Assembly: GCA_031400505.1 (NCBI GenBank)
Contig: JANNPZ010000023.1
Location: 4,277-68,276, forward strand
Length of the DNA: 64,000 bases
Direction: 5' to 3'
Origin: Paracoccaceae bacterium
GTDB lineage: Bacteria; Pseudomonadota; Alphaproteobacteria; Rhodobacterales; Rhodobacteraceae
The translations under genes were made by a program, and so were the position numbers. Each line of letters begins with the position of its first letter. The stretch's first letter is position 1. Shown here piece by piece: positions 32,084-39,819 of this stretch. The notes under the pieces are model-generated. The model was not told the DNA's origin, did no database searches, and saw only the letters and a list, made by a program, of their open reading frames with translations.

Positions 32084-32665
32084 ATGCATCGGATGAGGAT
32101 GTTGCGCGGCGGTGTGGCGCTGTTGGCGGTCGTTGTGCTGGCCGCATGTCAGACCAACGATCTGTTGGAGCCGGCGGTTCCGCTTGGTGAATTCGCGTTG
32201 GGACTGAATGTGGCGGTTGCCGACAAAGTTCAGATGGTTCCGTTGTCGCGCAAAGCAACGCCGGAGGCTTGGGAACTCGCCATGGAAAAGGCCATCGACG
32301 ATCGGTTTGGCCGGTACGAGGGTGCGAAGCTTTATAACATCGGAATTGCCGTCGAAGCCTATGCGTTGGCGCCCCCCGGTGTGCCGCTGGTCCTTAAACC
32401 CAAGTCAATTCTTGTGGTTACGGCCACGGTCTGGGACGATGCGACGCAAACCAAACTGAATGAAGAGGGCAAGCAGTTTCACATCTTCGAGAAGAACTCT
32501 CCTGAAACCGTGGTCGGGTCCGGTTTGACCCAATCCAAGGCACGGCAGATGGAGATCCTGTCCTACAACGCCGCTAAGCGGATCGAGCAGTGGTTTCTCG
32601 AGAATCCGGAATGGTTCGGGCTGTCGGCGAAACCCGAAACGCCAGACAGGGGTTCGGTAAAGTAG
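32084..32665 (+). CDS. hypothetical lipoprotein
   Basis: Lipobox LLAVVVLAAC at residues 13-22. 193 aa. No family recognised. Confidence 0.55.
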   Translation: MHRMRMLRGGVALLAVVVLAACQTNDLLEPAVPLGEFALGLNVAVADKVQMVPLSRKATPEAWELAMEKAIDDRFGRYEGAKLYNIGIAVEAYALAPPGVPLVLKPKSILVVTATVWDDATQTKLNEEGKQFHIFEKNSPETVVGSGLTQSKARQMEILSYNAAKRIEQWFLENPEWFGLSAKPETPDRGSVK

Positions 32666-33155
32666 CGACTGAATACGCCAACCACGTCGCAAGAACGGCG
32701 TGGGGGTTGAACGCGGCTGGCTGTTTCTGGACGCAAGGAAAGCTGTGCGGCGGGGTGCATGGCAAGCGGCCGGTACCCTTACCCTGCCAGTGGAGCCAAT
32801 GGCGCAGGCGACACGGCGCCTTTTGGGCGCGCGTCCTGCATCACGTCACGGGCGTAAAAGGGTTGATCAGAACGCCTTGCGAAACCTTGTTGCTTCGGGG
32901 GCGGGTTGCGGGTGGGTCAGACCGCTACGGCAAAAGTGGTGTCTAGAACTATTCTTTTCAGATTGTGCAGCAATTGCATGGAGATACCGCGCAGAAAACT
33001 GTGCGACGGCTGTGGCGTGTGCCACGGTTCTTTGGTGATGTAGCCCGCCGGATGGGCGGACGTTTGCAGTTTGCGGGCCAGAACGGCGGGGCGGCTTGCA
33101 TCTGACCACCTCTTGATTTCCACGCGGCACTGCCTTAGGAGACTGCTTAGGCCTT

Positions 33156-33231
33156 AGGAGTTTAGCTCAGTTGGTAGAGCATCGGTCTCCAAAACCGAGG
33201 GTCGTGGGTTCGAGTCCCCCAACTCCTGCCA
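33156..33231 (+). tRNA. trnW: tRNA-Trp (anticodon CCA)
   Basis: 76 nt. Acceptor AGGAGTT/AACTCCT, D-loop AGCTCAGTTGGTAGAGC, anticodon loop CTCCAAA, T-arm GGTTCGAGTCC, encoded CCA end. Confidence 0.95.
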
Positions 33232-33320
33232 GCCTTTCCATTCATCGTTGATTAGGGCTGCAACGGGCCGTTTGGCCTGTATGCCTGCTGTACACCCCCC
33301 GTACACCCCCTGTGCATACG

Positions 33321-33359
33321 AAAACGCCGCCGGACGCGCGTCAAGCTGTCCGGCGGGCG
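33321..33359 (-). terminator. rho-independent terminator of the small peptide gene
   Basis: The minus strand reads CGCCCGCCGGAC-12 nt loop-GTCCGGCGGCG followed by TTTTCG, directly after the stop at 33382. Confidence 0.5.
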
Positions 33360-33381
33360 TCAGGAGTTTGGACACCTTCGG

Positions 33382-33459
33382 TCAGAAAATGTCGGTCACA
33401 TAAAGCAGGATGATGACAACGACGGGAATGCCGAGGAACCAGGCGATGATGCCTTTCAT
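33382..33459 (-). CDS. 25-aa hydrophobic peptide (single TM)
   Basis: MKGIIAWFLGIPVVVIILLYVTDIF. SD AAAGGAGA lies 5 nt before the ATG. Followed by a terminator. Confidence 0.5.
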   Translation of the reverse strand: MKGIIAWFLGIPVVVIILLYVTDIF

Positions 33460-33581
33460 GGACGTCTCCTTTGGGTCGAGCGATGCGCCGGGGCCACGGG
33501 GGCCGACAAGGCGCGGAACGCGGTCCGACGTTGCGGTCCATGCGGACCCTTGATATGGGGATGCCGGGCGCAAGACCAAGG

Positions 33582-33595
33582 TAAGGAATTCCTTA
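33582..33595. promoter_or_regulatory. perfect 14-bp palindrome TAAGGAATTCCTTA
   Basis: Read directly. About 120 nt upstream of the peptide-gene ATG, in the spacer between the orphan gene and the peptide gene. Confidence 0.3.
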
Positions 33596-33791
33596 ACGGC
33601 GCGGGCGGGGTGGGGGAACCCGGTGAAGCATGGGTAAGTGGAGGGGGCCGTCGATTGGTCGCAATCGCAGGTCCAACGGGATATGCGGTTGGGGCGGGTG
33701 AAATCTGACTGGTTAGGGTCGTGCCCGACGGCAGGTTCCGGGATTAGGGTTGGTGGAACCCACCTGTGGTGCGGTGGTTACCGGAGGGAAT

Positions 33792-33814
33792 GGTGGGTTG
33801 GCACCCACCCTACG
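33792..33814. repeat. REP-like hairpin GGTGGGT-TGGC-ACCCACC followed by CTACG
   Basis: Perfect 7-bp stem, 14 nt beyond the orphan gene stop. A smaller GGTGG-AAC-CCACC hairpin lies at 33752-33764. Confidence 0.55.
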
Positions 33815-33828
33815 CTTGCTAAAGATGA

Positions 33829-34854
33829 TCAGCTTGCGTTTGTCTTGAAATCAACAATAGCGTTTTCTGGCATGTTGACACGAAAGGCCAGCAAATTCGG
33901 ATCGCGACTCTCGTCCATAACTCCACTCTTCATCAAGGTAACAACTTTTTCCTTATCAGTCTCTGGCATCGACTGATACCAACTTGGACGCAAAAAGCAA
34001 TTTTCAGAGTATGCTGTCGATACAGTAAACAGCGGCGAGGGGCCTTGACAATTGATTGGACAAAGCGATTTAACAAACTTATCGATGCGATGATCTTTGT
34101 ATTGTTGAACACCGCTCACGCATGATACTAGCCTTCCGCCCAAATTTCCGCAAAATAGCGCTACAGTATTCCACTTAACTCGGAATGGGTCTGCCCGAAA
34201 CAAATACTGACCGCTCAAATTCCATTCAGGCTCAAATGCTCCGGTGACAGCAAAAGGAGCTTCGTGTGCGTATTGAGTCAAGCAATAGAGATAGTTCGGT
34301 GGGGCTTGACGAAAATGGAACTTAAAGAATGCTCTAAGGCGACTTTCACCAGCGGTTCTAGCTCTGCTGGCCCCTTCCAATACCCATCCAGCAAATTTTA
34401 CTTTTTCCAAATCTCCATTTTCTAAACTATCCCTTATCAAACTTTTTTGTAGCTCGACCATAACTCCTTTCTGATAATGCTCGAACGCAAATGATCTGAT
34501 CGCGAACAGAACTGCGTTTCTTTCTGTAAGTTGCACATCTCTCTCTTCGATCTCCGAAAAGATCTCTGAGTCGTGCTTGTTGCAGAATCCTTGGAATGTT
34601 GACGCCTTTCGGACGCCCACTTTTTCGAAGAAGCGGCGATCCTCAAACTTTTGCGCGCGAAGGGCGTGCGAAATCCGAATAACATGACCATCTTCAGCTA
34701 TTGACGCTAATGGACCGTTCCTTTGGAGTGAGTGTGACTCAATCGAGTCATTCCTACATCGATTGCCGTCCCGGTCAAAGTACAGGCAGCGAGAGTCTGC
34801 AGCCTCTTTGGCGGTTGAAATCCATTCATGAATTTTGCCAACGTATGCGGCCAT
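33829..34854 (-). CDS. low-GC orphan protein of unknown function (341 aa)
   Basis: Uninterrupted 1026-nt ORF. The ATG is 6 nt after the ettA stop, preceded by a GAGGG SD. K/E/N/F/S-rich composition unlike its neighbours. Cys/His motifs CLYFDRDGNRC, ESHSLQ and FCNKHD. No family recognised. Confidence 0.8.
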   Translation of the reverse strand: MAAYVGKIHEWISTAKEAADSRCLYFDRDGNRCRNDSIESHSLQRNGPLASIAEDGHVIRISHALRAQKFEDRRFFEKVGVRKASTFQGFCNKHDSEIFSEIEERDVQLTERNAVLFAIRSFAFEHYQKGVMVELQKSLIRDSLENGDLEKVKFAGWVLEGASRARTAGESRLRAFFKFHFRQAPPNYLYCLTQYAHEAPFAVTGAFEPEWNLSGQYLFRADPFRVKWNTVALFCGNLGGRLVSCVSGVQQYKDHRIDKFVKSLCPINCQGPSPLFTVSTAYSENCFLRPSWYQSMPETDKEKVVTLMKSGVMDESRDPNLLAFRVNMPENAIVDFKTNAS

Positions 34855-34860
34855 TCACCC

Positions 34861-36516
34861 TCACCGGCTGAACCGCTTGTACTTCACCCGTTTCGGCTCC
34901 ACCGCGTCCGGGCCCAGACGGCGGATCTTGTCCTGCTCGTAGGCCTCGAAGTTCCCCTCGAACCACTCCACATGCGCGTCGCCTTCAAACGCCAGGATAT
35001 GCGTGCACAACCGGTCCAGGAAGAAGCGGTCGTGGCTGATGATGATGGCGCAGCCGGCGAAGTCTTCGATGGCGGCTTCCAGCGCTTGCAGGGTTTCGAC
35101 GTCGAGATCGTTGGTCGGTTCGTCGAGCAGCAGGACGTTGCCGCCCGAGCGCAGCAGTTTGGCCATGTGGACGCGGTTGCGCTCTCCGCCTGACAGGAGC
35201 CCGACCTTTTTCTGCTGATCGGTGCCCTTGAAGTTGAAGGCCCCGGTATAAACGCGGGAGTTCATCTGCATGTCGCCCAGCACGATCACTTCCGACCCGC
35301 CAGAGATTTCTTCCCAGACGTTTTTCGCGGGATCCAAAGCGTCACGCGACTGATCGACGTAGGCCAGTTGCACGGTCTTTCCCAGCGTGATGGTGCCGCT
35401 GTCGGGTTGTTCTGCGCCCACAAGCATGCGGAACAGGGTGGATTTGCCTGCCCCATTCGGGCCGATGACGCCGACGATGGCGCCGGGCGGCACGGTGAAG
35501 GACAGGTTTTCGATCAGCAGGCGGTCGCCCATGGATTTGGTCAGGCCTTCAACCTCGATCACCTTTCCGCCCAGACGTTCGCCGTTGGGGATGATGATCT
35601 GTGCGGAGGATGAGCGTTCGAGAACGGTCTGCCCGGCCATTTCATTGTATTTCGAAATACGCGCCTTGGATTTGGCCTGACGGGCCTTGGCCCCGGACCG
35701 GATCCATTCCAGTTCCTTTTCCAGCGCTTTCTGCTTGGATTTGTCCTCGCGCGCTTCCTGCATCATCCGTTTGGCTTTTTGCTCCAGCCATGCCGAATAG
35801 TTGCCCTCATAGGGGATGCCGCGGCCGCGGTCCAGTTCGAGGATCCAGGACGTGATGTCGTCGAGGAAATAGCGGTCGTGGGTGACGATCAGGATGGTGC
35901 CCTTGTAGGCGATCAGGTGCTTTTGCAGCCAAGCGATGGATTCGGCATCAAGGTGGTTGGTGGGTTCGTCCAAGAGCAGCATGTCGGGCGCCTCGAGCAG
36001 GAGTTTGCACAAGGCAACCCGGCGGCGCTCGCCGCCCGACAGGGTTTCGACGTCCGCGTCATCGGGCGGGCAGCGCAGCGCGTCCATTGCCACGCCCACG
36101 CTCGCCTCCAGCTCCCACAGGTTGCCGGCGTCGATCTGGTCTTGCAGCTGCGCCATCTCGTCGGCGGTCTCGTCGGAATAGTTCATCGCCAGTTCGTTGT
36201 AGCGTTCAAGGATCGCGGTCTGTTTGGCGACGCCCAGCATCACGTTGCCCTTAACGTCCAGCGTGGGGTCAAGGTGGGGTTCCTGCGCAAGGTAGCCGAC
36301 CTTGGCCCCCTTGGCGGCCCAAGCCTCGCCTTTGAAGTCGGTGTCCATGCCGGCCATGATCTTCAGAAGCGTCGATTTGCCCGAGCCGTTGATGCCGACG
36401 ACGCCGATCTTGACGCCGGGCAGGAAGTTCAGGTGGATGTTTTCGAAACACTTCTTGCCGCCGGGATAGGTCTTGGACACGCCTTCCATGTGATAGACAT
36501 ACTGATAGCTGGCCAT
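34861..36516 (-). CDS. ettA: energy-dependent translational throttle protein EttA (ABC-F)
   Basis: MASYQYVYHMEGVSKTYPGGK..., two ABC cassettes (GINGSGKST, GPNGAGKST) and an arm/linker region. 551 aa. Confidence 0.95.
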   Translation of the reverse strand: MASYQYVYHMEGVSKTYPGGKKCFENIHLNFLPGVKIGVVGINGSGKSTLLKIMAGMDTDFKGEAWAAKGAKVGYLAQEPHLDPTLDVKGNVMLGVAKQTAILERYNELAMNYSDETADEMAQLQDQIDAGNLWELEASVGVAMDALRCPPDDADVETLSGGERRRVALCKLLLEAPDMLLLDEPTNHLDAESIAWLQKHLIAYKGTILIVTHDRYFLDDITSWILELDRGRGIPYEGNYSAWLEQKAKRMMQEAREDKSKQKALEKELEWIRSGAKARQAKSKARISKYNEMAGQTVLERSSSAQIIIPNGERLGGKVIEVEGLTKSMGDRLLIENLSFTVPPGAIVGVIGPNGAGKSTLFRMLVGAEQPDSGTITLGKTVQLAYVDQSRDALDPAKNVWEEISGGSEVIVLGDMQMNSRVYTGAFNFKGTDQQKKVGLLSGGERNRVHMAKLLRSGGNVLLLDEPTNDLDVETLQALEAAIEDFAGCAIIISHDRFFLDRLCTHILAFEGDAHVEWFEGNFEAYEQDKIRRLGPDAVEPKRVKYKRFSR

Positions 36517-36580
36517 GATGCATCTCCGAACGATCTGGGGTTGGGCGCTGTGTAGCGGCGATAGGGCGGGGCTGCAACGT

Positions 36581-37084
36581 CTAGAGGTGCTTGGCGAACC
36601 AGTCGGTAGCGGGGAAAGCCTTGGTGAAGGGGGTGGTCGGCTCCCATCCCGTCGCTCGGTACAGAGCGAGGGCTTCGGTCAGGGCGTTGTTGGTGTCGAG
36701 GCGGAGGCGGGTGAGGCCTGAGGCGCAGGCAAAGGTCTCGACCTCGGACATCAAGCGGCGGGCGAGGCCCTGGCCACGGGCAGCGGGAGCAACCCAGAGG
36801 CGCTTGACCTCGCCGAGGGTCGGGTCGACGGATTTGAGCGAGACGCAGCCGAGAACTTCGGTCTGCGAACGGGCGATGAGGAAGATGCCCTGCGGGGGCC
36901 GGTAGGCGTCGGCTTCGGGGTCGGGGTCGGGGACATGGGAGGCGTCGACGCCTGGGATCCGCTCGGCGAGGAGCGCGAAATAGGCGCGCAGGCAAGCCCG
37001 GGCGGCGGGGGAAACGGGGTCTTCGGGTGTGACGAGGATCGGGGTCGGGGGCATCGGCAGGCCATGTTCGCGCAAGGCAGGCAT
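36581..37084 (-). CDS. GNAT-family N-acetyltransferase
   Basis: RLWVAPAARGQGLARRLM motif A. The listed 381-aa ORF is an N-terminal over-extension. ATG at 37084. Confidence 0.8.
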   Translation of the reverse strand: MPALREHGLPMPPTPILVTPEDPVSPAARACLRAYFALLAERIPGVDASHVPDPDPEADAYRPPQGIFLIARSQTEVLGCVSLKSVDPTLGEVKRLWVAPAARGQGLARRLMSEVETFACASGLTRLRLDTNNALTEALALYRATGWEPTTPFTKAFPATDWFAKHL

Positions 37085-37177
37085 AGGCCATGATGCGTGG
37101 TGCGGCAAGGGACAGCGCTTGACCTTCAGGGCGGCTACAGCAAGGTGGGCGGGGGCAAGGGCAGGAAGACAGCGCAG

Positions 37178-37774
37178 ATGCGGCAAGGGTTTCCTATTGC
37201 AACCGGGGGCATGGTCGTAGGCTTGCTCGGCGGGTCGTTCGACCCTGCACATGACGGACATGCCCACATCACCCGCGAGGCGATCAGGCGGTTGGGGCTG
37301 GACCGGGTTTGGTGGCTGGTCAGTCCCGGCAATCCCTTGAAGGCGCGGCAGCCTGCCCCCATGGCTGAGCGGTTGGCGCGGGCGAAGGTCGTGATGAATG
37401 ACCCCCGCGTGGTCGTGACCGATTTGGAGGTGCGGCTTGGCACGCGGTATACGGCCGAGACGATTGCGCGGTTGCAGGCGATCTATCCCGGTGTGCGGTT
37501 TGTCTGGCTGATGGGAGCGGACAACCTTGTGCAGTTTCATAAGTGGGAGCGGTGGCGGGATATCCTGCGCGCCGTGCCTGTTGCGGTGCTGGCGCGGCCG
37601 GGGTCCGGGGTTTCGGCCCGGCTGTCGGTCGCGGCGCGGGCGTTTCAGGTGTATCAAAGCGGGCGGGGCGAGGGGTTGGGGCACAGGCGCCCCCCGGCCT
37701 GGGCATTCGTGAACCTGCCGCTGCATCCGGCCTCGTCATCCGAAATCAGGGCGCAGGGTGGGTGGCGCAAGTAG
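37178..37774 (+). CDS. nadD: nicotinate-nucleotide adenylyltransferase
   Basis: [14 protein letters not shown] (HxGH) and [10 protein letters not shown]. The start could instead be 37211 (MVVGLLGG). Confidence 0.9.
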   Translation: MRQGFPIATGGMVVGLLGGSFDPAHDGHAHITREAIRRLGLDRVWWLVSPGNPLKARQPAPMAERLARAKVVMNDPRVVVTDLEVRLGTRYTAETIARLQAIYPGVRFVWLMGADNLVQFHKWERWRDILRAVPVAVLARPGSGVSARLSVAARAFQVYQSGRGEGLGHRRPPAWAFVNLPLHPASSSEIRAQGGWRK

Positions 37775-37843
37775 GGGGGGCTCGCCCCCCCACCCGATTG
37801 CATCGGGTTCCCCCCGAGGATATTTGTGCCAATGTGAAAGAGG
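37774..37843 (+). repeat. intergenic repeat family copy B
   Basis: G7-CTC-C7 hairpin, a second hairpin ACCCGAT-TGC-ATCGGGT, then CCCCCGAGGATATTTGTGCCAATGTGAAAGAGG. Fills the nadD-dacB spacer. Confidence 0.7.
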
Positions 37844-37852
37844 AAAAGCAGG

Positions 37853-39307
37853 ATGATTTCTCGGCGGGAGGCGTTGGCGGGGCTGATCGGGTCGGCATCT
37901 GCGGGGCTTGCGGGGCCGGTCTGGGCCGAGGGGCTGGTGCGGCCGCAGCGGCGGCCATCGCGGCAAGCGGCATCGGAGCGGTTTGTCGAGGCAGCCAAGC
38001 TGGGGGGAGTGACCGGCTTTGCGCTGGCGGATCTGGCGACCGGGCGGATGATCGAGGCGCAGTCCGAAGCGGTTCCGCTGCCCCCTGCCAGCGTGGCCAA
38101 GGCAATCACCGCGCTGTTTGCGCTGGAGAAGCTTGGGCAGGATCGGCGGTTTGCCACGCAAGTGCTGGCCTTGGGGCCGATTGTCGGCGACCGGCTGGAG
38201 GGGGATCTGATCCTGTCAGGCGGGGGCGACCCGGCGCTGGACACCGATCAGCTTGGCGATCTGGTGGCCGCACTGGCCGCGACCGGGTTGCGCCGGGTGA
38301 CGGGGCGGTTTCTGGCGCATGCAGGCAGCTTGCCGCAATTGGACCGTCTTTCGGGCGAGCAGCCGGAGCATGTGGGCTACAACCCCGGCTTGTCGGGGCT
38401 GAACCTGAACTTCAACCGGGTGCATTTCGAATGGCGGCTTGCGCAGGGTGACTGGGCAATATCGATGGATGCGCGGGCAGAGCGGTTTGTACCGACCGTC
38501 CGCATGGCGCGGATGAAGATCGTGGCACGCGAAGCGCCACTTTTTACGCTCGATATTGACGAAGGGCACGAGGACTGGACCGTGGCGCGGGCGGCCTTGG
38601 GGCAGGATGGCAGCCGGTGGTTGCCGGTGCGCCAGCCGGGCGTTTATGCGGCGGAAGTGTTTCAGACGCTGGCGCGGGGGCAAGGGATTGAACTGCCGGG
38701 GGCCGAGATTGTGGGGTCCTTGCCCGTGGGGGCGCGCAGGATTGTGGATCGCTTTGGCGAGCCATTGCCGGAGGTGCTGCGCGACATGTTGCGGTTTTCG
38801 ACCAATCTGACGGCTGAAGCGGTGGGATTGGCGGCTTCGGGCGCGGGCACCTTGCGGGGGTCGGGGGCAGTGATGACCGGCTGGGCAGCGCGGCGGTTGG
38901 GCATGTCGTCGCGGTTTGTCGATCACTCGGGCCTTGGGGGGGGCAGCCGGGTGACGGCGGCGGACGTGGTGCGTGGTTTGATGGCGGGGGATCGGGCGGG
39001 TTTCGGTCTGCGGGGGGTGATGCGCGATGTGGGGGTAAGAAACGACAAGGGCGCGGTGATCGAGGGACACCCGGTGACGGTTCTGGCCAAATCCGGCACG
39101 CTGAATTTCGTCAGCGGTCTGGCGGGGTTCATCCTGCCGCCGTCTGGGCGCGAGATGTGCTTTGCCGTGTTCAGCGCCGATGTGCCGCGCCGTGAGGCTT
39201 TGGCCCTGACAGAGCGCGAGGACCCGCCGGGGGGGATCGGCTGGACAAGACGGGCGCGCCTGTTGCAGGGCCAGTTGGTGCGGCGTTGGGCCGAAACGAG
39301 GGTCTAG
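37853..39307 (+). CDS. dacB: D-alanyl-D-alanine carboxypeptidase/endopeptidase (PBP4, peptidase S13)
   Basis: Tat-like signal MISRREALAGLIGSASAGLAGPVWA, active-site ASVAK (SxxK), SGL and KSGTL motifs. Confidence 0.85.
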   Translation: MISRREALAGLIGSASAGLAGPVWAEGLVRPQRRPSRQAASERFVEAAKLGGVTGFALADLATGRMIEAQSEAVPLPPASVAKAITALFALEKLGQDRRFATQVLALGPIVGDRLEGDLILSGGGDPALDTDQLGDLVAALAATGLRRVTGRFLAHAGSLPQLDRLSGEQPEHVGYNPGLSGLNLNFNRVHFEWRLAQGDWAISMDARAERFVPTVRMARMKIVAREAPLFTLDIDEGHEDWTVARAALGQDGSRWLPVRQPGVYAAEVFQTLARGQGIELPGAEIVGSLPVGARRIVDRFGEPLPEVLRDMLRFSTNLTAEAVGLAASGAGTLRGSGAVMTGWAARRLGMSSRFVDHSGLGGGSRVTAADVVRGLMAGDRAGFGLRGVMRDVGVRNDKGAVIEGHPVTVLAKSGTLNFVSGLAGFILPPSGREMCFAVFSADVPRREALALTEREDPPGGIGWTRRARLLQGQLVRRWAETRV

Positions 39308-39308
39308 G

Positions 39309-39731
39309 TCACGGCTTCATGTGGCGCACCCGCGCGCCCCATTCGATGGCGGCTGCGTGCAGGCGGTCGATCTGGAGTTCTTCGCGCACCTCTTCGAGCA
39401 TGCGCAACTCGACTTCGCGCAGGCGGCCGTCGGCGGCGGCGGCATCGCAAGCCAGTGCGTAGGCGGTTTCATGCAGGCGTTCGGGCAGCCCGTCGCGGAT
39501 CAGGCCGAACAGGGCGGCGAGGCCGTCTTCCTCTTCGAACAGGTCGAACACGGTTTGCGCGATGATGCGAATGCGGTCCACATCATAGCCGGCAAAGATC
39601 GGCATCGAATGGACCATGCGCTGTATTGCCACCATTTCAACTGTGCGCAACTGCGCATCTGCCGCAGATGTGGCGATCATCACCGCGACAAGGGCGTCCT
39701 GCGGGGACAATGAGGCGGGGATGTCGGTCAC
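39309..39731 (-). CDS. TerB-family (tellurite-resistance-like) protein
   Basis: Helical protein with the TerB-like pattern SAADAQL...E...I and ACDAAAADGRLREVE. GTG at 39731 with SD AGGAGA 6 nt upstream is preferred over the listed TTG. Confidence 0.65.
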   Translation of the reverse strand: MTDIPASLSPQDALVAVMIATSAADAQLRTVEMVAIQRMVHSMPIFAGYDVDRIRIIAQTVFDLFEEEDGLAALFGLIRDGLPERLHETAYALACDAAAADGRLREVELRMLEEVREELQIDRLHAAAIEWGARVRHMKP

Positions 39732-39819
39732 GGGAAGTCTCCTGATGTTTCGGGCCAAGATTATTGACCCGGGTGCTGCGCGGCAATAGACGACTGGCAG
39801 ATTGGCAGGAGATGCGACA

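Noticed and set aside
31712-32089. 125-aa minus-strand ORF in the parC-lipoprotein gap
   Set aside because: R/S/Q/N-rich translation with no start signal and no motif. It overlaps the more plausible, though still weak, small plus-strand ORF.
33712-33750. Two TTAGGGT heptamers 32 nt apart
   Set aside because: Short, only two copies, with no further periodicity. Compatible with chance.
33232-34860. tRNA-associated genomic island with integrase, or an integron cassette
   Set aside because: No integrase or recombinase ORF is present, and I saw no repeat of the tRNA-Trp 3' end at the distal border. Integron-like core sites downstream of the orphan (CCCTAAC, GTTAAGG) each miss the RYYYAAC / GTTRRRY consensus. 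Only the compositional anomaly itself is retained as a finding.
36581-37726. 381-aa ORF reading
   Set aside because: Only the C-terminal 167 aa (GNAT) look like protein. The N-terminal 214 aa are P/R-rich and antisense to nadD. Start moved to 37084.
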